A DNA stretch of 64,000 nucleotides, taken from Azolla caroliniana. Taxonomy: Eukaryota > Plantae > Polypodiophyta. Where the stretch lies: the NCBI GenBank assembly GCA_043228905.1, contig JBHGNT010000002.1:18290001-18354000 (forward strand), written 5' to 3'. The notes under the pieces were generated by a model. The model worked only from the letters and a program-made list of their open reading frames with translations. It ran no database searches and was not told the DNA's origin. Position numbers and translations under genes: made by a program. Shown piece after piece: positions 50,247 through 63,012 of this stretch (position 1 is its first letter; every line of letters begins with the position of its first letter).

Positions 50247-53200
50247 TTATGATGATGGTTCAATTGTTTTAGTTTGTGTAGAATGGTGATCATAACATTG
50301 TGCAAAGGGAACTGCTTTCCAAGGCCCGGCATCTGAAGACTCACATCCATCATTGCATTCACAGGTACCTCCGAGAAACTTAGGCAAATTCTCAGGATCC
50401 ACAAGCTCTAAGAGTTTCGATGCAAAATTTGATCCATGAACCTCAATTTTCCTCTGAGTCCTCTTGTCAAGCCAAGGTTTTATCATAGACCAAACAGCCT
50501 TAAATGCGGTTGGAGTGTTGACGATAAACATCTTGCCCAAGTACTCAGGATAATAGTCCTGATCAAGCTTCGTAAGCTTCTGGATGAAAGAACGCACTTG
50601 TTTGTTCATACTCTTTATGGCCTGCAGAACATCATAAATGATGCAGGTTAAACTTATGCATGAATATGTAGATACATGCACATAACACACATTTAATGCC
50701 AATTTCAACTTAATAAGTAAATTGGAAAGTAGTTATAATTAGAAAAAACAAGAAGAGGTCAGAAACAAAATTCTTGAGTTTCCACAAACGTTGCAAAGAA
50801 AACATTGTGAAGTTGAGAGCCTGGTTCACAATGAGCTTTTAATTTTTCTGAAAGAAAGTTTCTGAAATTTTTTCTTCCATAAACGAAGGACATCTTCCAT
50901 TACAAATATATGGTAGATGATATATGGATAAAATAGCCATCAGAAAAAACAAGAAGAGGTCAGAAGCAAAATTCTTGAGTTCCCACAAATGTTGCAAAGA
51001 AAACATTGTGAAGTTGAGACCCTGGTTCACAATGAGCTTTTAATTTTTTTGAAAGAAAGTTTCTGAATTTTTTTCTTCCATGATATATGGATAAAATGGC
51101 CATCAGGAAAGATGAAGCTGCTATCTATAGCATAAAAACTACCAAATTTAAGATCACACACATGCATACTTGGTAGGGGGATATGATTTTACCATGATAA
51201 AGCTAAGGCCCAGGGGTTTGAATCTAACATGCGAGAGAAAAACAAGAAAGAAATACATGTCTGATTTATTCGTTTTTTCATTTAATCACTCATGTGAAAA
51301 CCGCAGTTCATGAAGGTAAAATGTTTTCACGTATGTATGATACTAAAGTCTGGCTTTTCCAGATGTCTGGCCACTGAAACATACCAATATGGAAAAAACT
51401 GTTGGCATTCCCCTCAGAAAGCCGGTATATTTTACAACGCTATGATTCTAACATATCCAGCCATTACTGCTGGTTTAAAACAAAAGAATCATTCACCTTT
51501 AGAGAGTGACAATCACACAGTTACATGAATACCACATCCCATTCATTAGGATAAGAAGCCCTAGTCAAAATGAATCATAAAAACTTGTAAAAAAACTGAA
51601 CTTTGAGCCAGGCTTTTGCTGATGCAGCATAGTTTATTTCTAGTGACTAATAATTACCCAACTGAATTACATCAACTAGCATGATATCTCCTGATGTCCA
51701 ATACAATGAGAGAAAAATTACGATCCTAATACCCTGGGAAGTCTCCATGCATCTTGTAAGATAAAGCCATACCCTTTCTACAACAGAAGACTAGCTTCTG
51801 AGGCCAAAAAATCTAGAAGAAATGTACAATACGTCTTGATTCATATATAGCAAGTTCAACTTAGGCTAGGTCTATGTCCAGGCCACAGCTATCCAGAGTC
51901 TGGTCAATCCATGTGGTAATAGGTTTTACAGTGTAATAATGGACTTCATGAATGTATAATTAGAAATTTGTTTACAGATGTGCATAAAACCAATGGTAGG
52001 GTTTACAAGGAGAGAGCACTGAAAACATTTATATCTACTTTCATAACAGATAAGTAGAGATATGGAAGCACATTACCACGCCTTTGAGATCCAAGATTGT
52101 GAGAGACTGAAGAATTGTGCGGCCTGCCTTCTTAGAGCAAGCAGGGAACTTCCAATTGATGAGGATCTCCCATTCTTTGACGTGGTAGAGAAGCATCCGA
52201 TCCATGGTTGTAATCTTAAAAATCTCCTCTAATTGTAGCTGCCCAATCCGTTCAATGTAAATAGGCCTTCCAAACTTGTCTGTCTTATGGTGGAAATGGG
52301 GATAAAGCTCTTTCACGGCCTTCCATTCCGGAAACTGAAAATTCTGCAAGATGCAATAGATACATAATCATGAATAGCAATTCCCGGAAGCAGCAACATT
52401 ATTATATCCAACAAATACCCATACACATCAATCAATCCCCACACACAAAACCTAATATCGATAACAGGAACATCTTATATCTTATGGCATACTCCAGCAT
52501 ATCCCCATAGATTGATATATAAATGCCTATCCCTGCAGAAACTTACAATCAAAAGGCAACATATATCATGGCATAAACAAACTCAAGTAACTGAAACTTT
52601 GCAACCTATAATACATGAGCATATGAAACCTTTGCATGTCAATCCCTACGTCAACCAAAAAGTCACAATCTAGCAAAGAAATGCACCGTATCCGATGGAT
52701 AAACATCCATCCATGCATGTGCAGCAAAGAAACGTGACATACGGATAGATTGACACATCCACAAGAGAAACGTGTACATACCGATGGATTGAATCATCTG
52801 CAAGAGAAACGTGACATACCAATAGATTGAAACATCTTCAAGTTGCATTTCTTTGTTAAATTTGTACACGTTTCAAGTGTATGTCACGTTCTTTGTTACA
52901 CATGCATGGACTTTTTTATCCATGAAAAACGGTGCATTCCTTTGTTAGATCACAGCTTTTTTTAGATTTATGAGAAACACCAACTAACACAAGAAATGCA
53001 GGAAAGCGAACTACTCTTATGAACAACATTAGAAGCTCTAACCAGTCTCAAGAAAAACATAGGATATGATAACAAATCTTAATCCAAAAGGAAGAGACCC
53101 TGGCAAACCCACAGGTCTATTCGCAGTAAAAACGGAGGAAAACCTAACTAATCGCAGGTAAAACAGAAGAAAAGAAAAAGGAAACCTCGATGATGGTATC

Positions 53201-53506
53201 TGCACTGATCTCTTTCCTCCATTCAACCATGGATTCATACATGGTCCTCGCTTTAACTATGTCAAAACACCGGGCCCGCAAGAATCGTAGCAGATCAGCA
53301 TCAGAGGTATATTTTTGAAGAAGACCTTTCTCTTCCAAGCACTCACGAAAAGCACAGAGACATTCCTGCTGAGACGAGGAGAGCTCTTCAGAAGAATCCA
53401 TGGCAGAGAGTTCGTTATTGCTACTACTGCTTTCACCTTTGCAGTGGCAGAGGTCTAACACAGGCCTTGAGGGCATGAAATGCCCATCTCTGAGCTTGGA
53501 AAACAT
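50247..53506 (-). CDS. Sec14-like phosphatidylinositol/phosphatidylcholine transfer protein (CRAL-TRIO), ~320 aa, 3 coding exons
   Basis: Exons 53506-53186, 52343-52077 and 50621-50247, all phase 0 and GT-AG. Motifs: LLRFLRARCFDIVKA..MVEWRK, YPHFHHKTDKFGRPIYIERIG, TILDLKGV, DQDYYPEYLGKMFIVN, LPKFLGGTCEC..SDAGPW. The start codon is inferred. Confidence 0.93.
50741..51106. repeat. ~200-bp tandem duplication in Sec14 intron 2
   Basis: AGAAAAAACAAGAAGAGGTCAGAA starts at 50741 and 50942; the second unit has an internal deletion. Confidence 0.9.
52658..52961. mobile_element. ~300-bp foldback/MITE-like element with internal ~39-bp repeats in Sec14 intron 1
   Basis: Left ATCTAGCAAAGAAATGCACCG..CCATGCATGTG..CGTGACATAC is mirrored by right GTATGTCACG..CACATGCATGG..CGGTGCATTCCTTTGTTAGAT. 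AGAAACGTG units repeat at ~52727, 52765 and 52804. Confidence 0.6.
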
Positions 53507-54069
53507 GGCTATGGCAATGATCCTGTTCTTGGTTGGTTGTTTCTTATTCTTCGTTCTTTCTCTTTCGTCCGAGGAAGTGCCCTGAATTCTGGCAGAACAG
53601 GGGAGGGGAGAGAACAACAAACAATAAGAAAAGCAGGCCAACCAACGGTCACAAAAAGCGAGGGAAAAAAGGTCAAAAAGCAGAAAAAGAAAAAGAAAGC
53701 TATGGCTTTGGCTCTCTCTTCTCTCTGCCCACACATACACACACAAACACACAGATACACACAGATACATACATAGATAGATGGATGGATATGTACATAT
53801 ATAGATAGATAAAAGGTGAAAACGGGCATCCTCGAACAAATTTCTCTTCACTTTCACGGCCGGGAATAGTGAACAGAATCCGACCCACCGAAAATCGCCG
53901 AGAGTTATACCAGATTCCTCTTGAACTCTTAAGAGTTTCGACACATGGAAAAGGAGAGCCCCACTCCACCTATTATTAATATCATAAAGATTCTTTCCTT
54001 TGCTTACCGGTAGAAAAAGAAAAACTTTTGTTGAGAGTGCATTCATGTCTGCATTTGTAGGTTTAAGAT

Positions 54070-55010
54070 GTTGGTGATAATCGATGACAACCACATGGTT
54101 GATGTGGACTTGAGGAAGCTGATTTTCTGTTTTCCGATCAAGATGAGTGATGATGGTGTGGGAGCTGAAGCAGATTATCATGAGTACGTGAGAAACTATT
54201 TTTAAACTCGTTGGTTGTGTTGTCCATTCAGGATTTCGCTAGTAATCGGCGAGCTGGTCGGCGAGATGGTCGATGTGGATTGAACGAAGCAGGTTTATTT
54301 TTCATTATGATGATTAATGATGGCGGCGGGGATTGAAGCCTATTTCCATGAGGCGAGCGAGGATCAGTGATGATGGTGCGGGGGCCGAAGCATATCATGA
54401 GGAGATGTGGAAATAGTTTAGACTCATTTTATGGTTGTTTTTTGTAGGACCTTGGTGGTAATCGGTGAGATAGTTGATGCGGACTGAATGAAACAATTTT
54501 TTGTTTTGAGCTAAGGATGAGTGAGAAGCATATTTTCTTCAGGAGCCACCGTTTGAGGCAGCTGATTTGCTGTTTTTATTATTAGGATGAGTGATGATGG
54601 TGTGGGAATTGAAGCATATTATCATGAGTAGGTGAGGAATTTTTTTAACTCATTTCTTGTGTTGTTAGTACAGGATTTTGCTGGTAATCGGTGAGATCGT
54701 TGATGTGGACTGAACGAAGTAGGTTTTATATTTCTCATTACGATGACTGATGATGGCGGCGGGGATTGAAGCATATTTCCATGAGAAGAGGTTGAGTGAT
54801 GATGGTGTGGGGACCGAAGCATATCATGAGGAGATGAGGAAATAGTCTACACTCATTTTGTTGTTGGTTTTTTTATAGAACTTTGGTGGTAATCGGCGAG
54901 ATGGTTGATGCAGATTGAATGAAGCCGATTTTTGTTTTGAGATAAGGATGAGTGAAGATGGTGTAGGGGTTGAACCATATTTTCTTGAGGAGATGATGAC
55001 ACGATTTTAT
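54070..55010. repeat. Higher-order tandem repeat (~445-bp period made of shorter subunits) upstream of Sec14
   Basis: GATGAGTGATGATGGTGTGGGA at ~54141 and ~54586; recurring GGTAATCGG(C/T)GAG..GATG(T/C)GGA(C/T)TGAA and GAAGCATAT motifs. Confidence 0.85.
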
Positions 55011-57763
55011 TTTGTTGATATAGGTAGGTGAGTTTGGTGGGAATTAATAATCGGCAACAGTTCGGTTTGAGAGGGTCCAAACCGAACAATTTAAATTTTT
55101 TGAAACCTGACCCGAACCGAACCACGAAACTGTTAAACCATTAAACCGTAGTTTCGTGGACTTGAAAAGAGCTTGAGGGAGTGTCTCCTTACCAAGTGTA
55201 AAAGAATATGAGAGCGGAAGCTTTGACAAAACTGGTTACACTGGATAGTGATAGAGAATAAACATGGGGAAGCTTAGAATACACAATACACATGAGAGAT
55301 AGAGAGAGCAGAATAGCATTAAACTCAATTCAAAATAATAACACTCTGTGTATACAAATGTCCTACATAACACTTTTTATACAAGTCCTTAAAAGGACTG
55401 ACAGAAGTACTGACAGGTACTTCAATGCTCATACGAGCGACTGACACTAACTCCAAGGAATCTGCCTACATACTAGGCTAAGATTGTAGACCTCTAACGG
55501 CCTACCGGTTACAATATGATCCGGCTCCTGGTTCCGGACACCTATCCGGTTCTCCATTCTGGATATTGATTCGGCTTTGGCTTATTCAACCGATCCAGAT
55601 CTGGTTGAGCTTGTTCGCTCAACACTCCCCCTCATGCTCAACTTGAGGTCGGATTATTGTGTCAGTGTTAGTGACTGTTGGTCTTTCCCTCCAGCTCCTC
55701 TTAGTGTCCTCCCGTCTGGCTCGCAATCCTCGTCCGGTCCGGTTCGTCTTTCCACGACCCATTCGGTCCCGCACACCTAGACCTTCTCGGTCGGCTTGTC
55801 TGTTCGTAAGGCCCATCTCAGCTCCTTTGTTGTTGCGACTTCGACACGTCTCGACCCATCTGTTCCTCTGTGTCGGTGTCGACTTCCGTTGCCCCCCTTG
55901 TCCGTTTGGCCTTCAGTTGATCCGGCTCCTTCGAACCAAACACTGCTTCTGAATCGGGTGACTCTGATTCGTTCTAGCTCTTGTACGAATTAGCTGTCTC
56001 CAATTCATCCTCAATCTTCAAGCCCTTTACCACATCGGATCACGTCCGGATCTTGGCCTTCCGGTTGGCTCTGTCCTTCTTGACTCTGTCGTCGTCACCG
56101 CTTGTTTCGCCTTTATCGGATGTGCCGACTTCTTCAATCGGCTCGACTTCCTTTTTCTTCTTGTCTCCCCTTGCTTTGGTTGTTTCCTTCTTTTCGGCTG
56201 CTTGTCCAACCTTCCCGGTTTCCTGCTTGTTTCTCTGCCTCAAGCGCGGCATGTCGAGATGTTGAAGACCAAGCATCTTCGAAAAATGTTGCAACTTGTC
56301 AGTTCCTAGGGCCTTGGTGAAGATGTCGGCAACCTGCCGATTTGTCTGGACATACCGGAGTTCTACTTCACCATTGAGGACCCGTTCGTGCACAAAGTGA
56401 TAATGCACTTCTATGTGCTTCGTCTGAGCATGGAACATAGGGTGCTTGGCAAGTTGCATGTTGCTCATGTTGCCGTAGTAGATCGGGATCGGAGTCGGGA
56501 CTTCGATCCAGAGGTCTTGCAAAAGCTGCCGAAGCCAGATGGTTTCATAGGTGGCAATGGTAGTTCCCCAATACTCAACCTCAATGCTCGATAGAGCCAC
56601 AATTGGCTACTTTTTGTTGCTCCATGCAACAGTCGTGCTACCTAGAGAGAACATTAATCCAGAAGTGGACTGTCAATCCGACGCATCTCCGGTCCAGTTG
56701 GCATCCGTATAACTGACGAGCTTCTCGGTTATACCATGTCGGTATAACAGTCCTCGGTCCTTAGTGCCGCTAACATATTGGAGCATCTAGTGCCTGCACT
56801 AAAGGTGCTCCACGGTCGGCTTCTGCATTAAACTTACCAATCACTCCAACGGGATAGCTTATGTCGGGTTAGGTGATCGTTAAATAAATAAGGCTTCTGA
56901 CAATTTGTCGGAACCGTTTCTCATCGCATGCTGATCCGGAGTTGGGACGAAGCTTTAAGTTCCGGTCCAGGGGTGTGGAGACTGATCAGCAGTCCATCAT
57001 GCCGAACTTGTAAAGCATATTCAACACATAATGTCGTTGTGAGAGCAATATGCCGTCAGGGGTATGTATCACATTGATCCCTAGGAAGTAATGAAGGTTC
57101 CCTAGGTCCTTCATTTCGAATGCATCTGACAGTTGAGACTTTACTCGGCCGATTTCAATGAGGCTGGGTCCGGTGATGACTAGATCATCCACGTATAACA
57201 AGATACATACCAGACCTTCTGGACCTTTTTGATGAATAACGAAGAGTCCGACTTCGAAGCAACAAACCCCATCTTACGCAACCAGTGTGTGATATTCGAA
57301 TTCCAAGCGCGGGGGGCTTGCTCCAAGCCGTAAAGCAACTTCTTGAGTCGCCACATTGCCGACTTGTTCATCTTTGACTAAAAACTGGGGGGTTGGATCA
57401 TGTAGAATTGTTCTTCAAGATCACCTTGAAGAAATGCATTCTTCACATCCATTTGGTGAAGATGCCACCCCCTTGCCGCAACAACTGCTAGCACCACATG
57501 AACCGTCGTCATCTTCGCCACTAGAGCGAAGGTCTCGTCGTAATCGATTCCATGGTTCTGCGCATATCCTTTGGCCACTAACTGGGCGTTGTACCGGTTG
57601 ACCGAACCGTCAACATGATACTTTACGTTGTACACCCACTTGCAACCAATCGGCTTGCAATGTCAAGGAGGGTCAACCAGGTCCCATGTGTCATTGGCAT
57701 CAAGTGCCCACGTCTCTTCCTCCGTGGCGGCACGCCATTGTGCGTCTTTTGCCGCTTCTGCGT

Positions 57764-57923
57764 TGTTGCGGTAATCTGCGAGTACGTGTCGAAAGGGGCG
57801 GGACCATGGGGGTCACAGACGAGGAAGAGATGGATGTCGGGAAGCCGATCCTCTCCGATCTCGGCTGCATCGGTTGTGGCGTAAACCGAAGCGATTCCGG
57901 ACGCGTACCGAAAGCTATCAAAC

Positions 57924-57982
<59 letters not shown>

Positions 57983-58662
57983 ACGCCCACACAACGTTTA
58001 CTCAACACACGCCTCTTATGTATAGGAAACGGAAAGAAGATAACACACCCGACACCAACAGAGACATAGATATGCACAACCTGATGTATGCGTATTTACA
58101 AGACAACAAGATACAACATCGACTTTGAGCCGGACTAAGATAGGTTAGGTTACAACGGACATCTCTCGACAAGCCGTCGATCGGGGAGCTCTCGGGCTCG
58201 TCGCGCTGAGCAGGGTCTTGCACAAGGGACGGATCAGAAACAAAATCGCTAGTACATGCGAGCTCTCGGCCAAACTGAACCTCAAGCGGGTATGAGATAA
58301 AGAAGCCCTCGTAATGACGAAGGAGAAGACCTCCAAGAAACCCTAACAGAAATAAGAAAATAAAGGGGAGAAAGACTATCATACCTTGGACCTAATGGTA
58401 TGTATACCCTCCTAACTCAAAATGGGCAACCCCTCTACAAGGGACCCTCCCTTCCTTTTATAGCCCAAGGAGAGAGGGACGTTACAATGTGGGATAAATC
58501 TCGTATTACATGGGACTCTCTGTCCCATTTTAACTCCTATTCGGCGCCATAAAGGCACCACATTATCTTACACGGGTATACAAAGGTGAGTGCTCACGCC
58601 GCACCCTATTGATATTCCCAATAGGCCCGATTTTCTCACTATGGCCATGAATCTTCACGACA
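57764..58662 (-). repeat. 3' LTR of copy 2 (899 bp) with (GA)n microsatellite
   Basis: Direct repeat of 62136-63012; both end TCTTCACGACA on the + strand. Confidence 0.95.
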
Positions 58663-61295
58663 TCTGCCCCTACCAAACCACGTGTCCACTGGTACGTGCC
58701 AATCTGAAGAAGGGTGAGAGATTCCGGCCGTAGTGAGCAACCGGCCTTCCGTAATCCGCATCCCGGTTACCGTGTTGGCCTCTGCCGGTCCGAACTGTCA
58801 GCTCTGGTTCCATCCTCGCGCTCGCCTCTCCGTAGGCTTGATTGACTTGTCGACAGGTTGTTTGCCGCGATCTTCTCTTGTACGCGTGTTCATCCCGTGG
58901 CCCTTGATTGATCGTATGCATGCTCCTTGCTTCCTGTATACCCGGTGTCCTCCACGTCTGAGGGACCCCTGCAGTAGCCCGCTTGGTCTCCGTTGATCTT
59001 CGCATCCGCACTCTCACTCAGGCACCTCCGTGTACCGCATAACCCTTTACTATGCCTTGCAAGAGGCTCAGTCCGTTGTCCTCCTTCGCTCGGCCCCACC
59101 CGTGCCGAACTCCGGTCTTTCTCTGTGCATGCTTCGTTGGCCCCTGCCTGGCCAGACCATGTGTCGTCGCTTGTCGTTTCTCCGCATACCAGTGTCCTCC
59201 GCGTTTGAGGAACACCCCGCGTTGGCCTGCTTGGCCCCTTTCATTCCGCGTTGCTGCAATTGATTTGATGCCATACACTTGTTGCCGTCCCCTCGCCCCC
59301 ACTAGCTTGTTATCTCGGGCTTGGCTTGCCACGCGAGTCGTTGCCACTCCCACTGAGCCGCCGAGATCTCCAAAGTGGGTGTGGAGGATCCTTCTTCGGT
59401 CACTGATACCGTTTCCGGCTATCGACCCATGCAACCTATCCCGCGCCTGGTTTCTGACCCTGCACCACCATGTGTCGTCTTCTACCTTCCTTGCTCAGCA
59501 CCGCCTGTGCCGAACACTGTCCTGTACCTGTGCTTTACTTCGATCCTCGATGGCCACACGCATGTCTTCCGATCCGCCTCCAGGTGTGCCCTTTCGGCTT
59601 GACACACCACTCCATGCTTGGGTGTCCTTGGTAGCTTTCCGTGCTGCTACCCACGAAGGATCACCCTTGCCCGTTTCGGCCTGCCTGGCCTTTGTTGTTC
59701 TCGCGACGCCTTGGTTTCCCCGTGCCTCTGCTGCTATGGCCTTCGCCCCTCGTCGCCACCATCAGTATCTTGGTCTTACGTCAGATCTGATGCCGACCGC
59801 CGAAGTCTATAGATCCGGTGTGGAGGATCCTTCTCGGGCCTCTGATCCATTAGGCAACCGACTCGTGTAGCAAGCGCGTCTGATCTTCGTCTTGCTGACC
59901 CTGTCGGTTGGGTCCGGTTCCAGTTTGTGGTCGCGTCCCTGCTTTGTCGGATCTCGCTCACCTGCCGCCACCGTCCATCTCTCTAGGTCTAATGCGGGCT
60001 CTCGGGCCGACCGCCGGAGTCTCCGTACTGGTGTGAGGATCGCCATAGAACCGCCCCATCCCTGCCTTTGCCCTCGTCCCCTCGCCGCCACCGTTAGTCT
60101 CTTGGTCTTATGTCGGCTCCACTGACGACTACTAAAGTCTCTTGCCCGATGTGAAGGATCCTCCTTGGGCCTCTTGTCTTTCCCGACCCTATCCCGGGTT
60201 GTCCTTCTCTGCAGGTCGAGAGGGTGGCTCGCTCCACACCCTCTCCCGTGGTACTGATGTACTGTGTTCCAACCTCCGCATAGGCCTGTTTACTCCTCCC
60301 TTCCGGATCTGTTATCTGGAAGTCCGCTCCGCCCAGTTCTCATCCGGGTCCGTTCGTCACTTTGCATCGTCGGGTCCCGTTCTCCTGCTGCCACCATCAG
60401 TATCTTGGTCTTACGTCGGATCCGATGCCGACCGCCGAAGTCTCTGGCCCAGTGTGAGGTTCCATGTTCTTCTCTCCAACTCGTTGTCGACCTCCTTGTT
60501 GTGCTCCTGCCTCCATCTTCCATCACTCTAGGTCTCACGCGAGTTATCAGGCCGGCTGCCGGAGTCTCCGGATGAGATGTGGGGATACCGATTCCGAAGT
60601 GACTCCTGACAACTCGTTCGAGACCACCAACCCTTTTAGTGGTGTCGGTGGAAAGCATCCGCTCTATGATCGATCAAGCCCCGCCTGGGCTTGATTCTCC
60701 AATGTCCGGAGTTTCGACCCTGATGCCGATCCCGCCAGGCTCGTTCTGTACCCTTGATCATCTTCTTCCCGAATTCCGACCTTCGCCTTGGTCGATCTTT
60801 CTCCCCATATAAAGAGGGTGGCTCGTTCTGCACCCTCATTCGTATCGGCACCTTCATACCGAACCCGACCCTTGTCGAACAATCCACATCCGGATCGTGC
60901 TCCATCCGGATCGTACTCCATCCGAATCAGAATGCCGACCAATTCGATACCCGGTCGGATCGACTTCTGATTCCACTCCCTTCTGATTTCCTCCTTCACT
61001 GCGGCGGCTCCGCCCTTGACCTCCTCACAAGTCGTTTCCCATCCATCTTCGTTGGCATCGTGCTAGGACTCCTCGCTAGTGCCTTCCATCTCTCCGGTCT
61101 TATGATGCCACACGGGCTCGACTACCGGAGTCTCGAGAATCCGCATGGAGGGCTCTTCTCCGCTCCTGTCCTCCTCCTTGGCCGGTCTTTCTCCGCAAGT
61201 CGAGAGGGTGTCTTGCTCCACACCCTCTCCCGTGGTACCGTGGTACCATTCTTCGGTCTTTGCTTGGGCCATGTCCGCCTTGTTCGGAAGGCCGA

Positions 61296-62097
61296 CTAGC
61301 TCTGAGTCTTCGGAATCCGTCCGCGTGCCGGATCTCTCTTATTCGTCAACCATCGCCTTCAGAGCCTCGTACGCTTCCCGGACGAAGGCTTCGACATCGA
61401 GCTTTGCCGATCCTTCTTGTTGCGTGCCCACTTCCTGCGGTGATGACGCGCCGTTGCGCGTTATCTTCCCTTTACCTTTCGCGGACCGCTCCTCATTCAA
61501 CCGTCGGCATACTCGTTCGACTTCCGACCAGTCCTCGGGAAGGCCATTCACTCCATCATTGTCTTCGAGCTCAATTCTGATGGCCTCCTGTTCCGCTCAG
61601 TCGATTGACCTAACGAATAGTAGGACTTTGTCCACCCCCACCAGTCTTTCTTCCCGCTCTGGGAGCTGAGTAAAGCGCCGCTCGAACTCCTGGAATGCCT
61701 TTGTTGCGCCCCGGCGGGTCTTCGCCGATGCAACCCACTGGTCGAAGTTGCGCCGTCCCTGACTCTTCGGCTGTCCTCCGTATGCCTGTAGGAGCGCCTC
61801 TTCGAAGGCCTCCCATGAACTATGAGCTTCTCGGAGCTCTTTTACTTCCACGTGCATACGGACGGCGATGACCCGAAAGAGGAACTCCAACCTCAACGAC
61901 TCGTCTACTCCTCGCACCTCCATTTCCACGTTGTAGGCTTCTAAGTAGGATAGGACTTTGTATTCGTTGAAACAGACGACTCTTTCGACCACTCGCTCAA
62001 TAGCTTCCTACGCCGCTTCTCGTCTCATCGTCACTCATCCGAACTCCATCACCACTGTGACCACCATCTCCGCGAAGTCTTCGTCTTCCAACTCCAT
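61296..62097 (-). pseudogene. Frameshifted gag-like ORF of copy 2
   Basis: VERVVCFNEYKVLSYLEAYNVEME..LRLEFL..SWEAFEEALLQAYGG (61597-61992) and NGLPEDWSEVERVCRRL (61339-61551) align to the 10825-11613 protein in different frames. Confidence 0.85.
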
Positions 62098-62113
62098 CCC
62101 CCCTTGCTGCCCT

Positions 62114-62131
62114 TTCACGTTGGGTTCACCA
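62114..62131 (-). promoter_or_regulatory. tRNA-Trp primer-binding site of copy 2
   Basis: Minus strand reads TGGTGAACCCAACGTGAA (1 mismatch to copy 1), again 4 nt from the LTR. Confidence 0.85.
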
Positions 62132-62135
62132 AAGA

Positions 62136-62304
62136 TGTCGTGGTAATCCGCGAGTACGTGTCGAAAGGGGCGGGACCATGGGAGTCACGGACGAGGAAGA
62201 GATGGATGTCGGGAAGCCGACTCTCTCCGGTCCCGGTTGCACCGGTTGTGGCGCAAACTGGAGCGATTTTGGACGTGTACCGGAAGCTACCGAACATGAG
62301 AGAG

Positions 62305-62335
<31 letters not shown>

Positions 62336-63012
62336 AACGCCCACACAATGTTTACTCAACACACGCCTCTTATGTACAGGAAACGGAAAGAAGATAACAC
62401 ACCCGACACCAACAAAGACACAGATATGCACAACATGATGTATGCGTATTTACAAGACAACAAGATACAACATCGACTTCGAGTCGGACTAAGATAGGTT
62501 AGGTTACAACGGACGTCTCAAGCCAAGCCATTGGTCGGGGAGCTCTTGGGCTCTTCACGCTGAGCGGGGTCTTGCACAAGGGATGAAGCAAAAATGAAAC
62601 CTCTAGTACATGCGAGCTCTCGGCCAGACTAAACCCCAAGCGTGTATGAGATAAAGAAGCCCTCGTAACGACGAAGGAGAAGACCTCCAAGAAACCCTAA
62701 CAAAAATAAGAAAATAAAGGGGAGAAAGACTATCATACCTTGGACCTAATGGTATACCCTCCTAACTCAAAATGGGCAACCCCTCTACAAGGGACCCTCC
62801 CTTCCTTTTATAGCCCAAGGAGGGAGGGACGTTACAATGTGGGATAAATCTCGTATTACATGGGACTCTCTGTCCCAACTTAACTCCTATTTGGCGCCAT
62901 AAAGGCACCACATTATCTTACACGGGTATACAAGGGTGAGTGCTCATGCCGCACCCCGCCGATATTCCCAATAGGCCCGGTTTTCTCACTATGGCCGTGA
63001 ATCTTCACGACA
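62136..63012 (-). repeat. 5' LTR of copy 2 (877 bp)
   Basis: Direct repeat of 57764-58662 with TG..CA ends. Confidence 0.95.

Larger units (their letters stand above)
57764..63012 (-). mobile_element. Complete non-autonomous gag-only LTR retrotransposon (TR-GAG-like), copy 2 (diverged subfamily)
   Basis: LTRs 62136-63012 (5') and 57764-58662 (3'), tRNA-Trp PBS, frameshifted gag and PPT (GGTAGGGGCAGA on minus, 58663-58674). The flanks GCGT/ACAT are a decayed 4-bp TSD. Confidence 0.9.

Noticed and set aside
53507-54181. 345-aa ORF 53144-54181 as a full protein
   Set aside because: The upstream part crosses microsatellite and pyrimidine-rich, UTR/intron-like sequence. Only 53506-53186 has Sec14 features.
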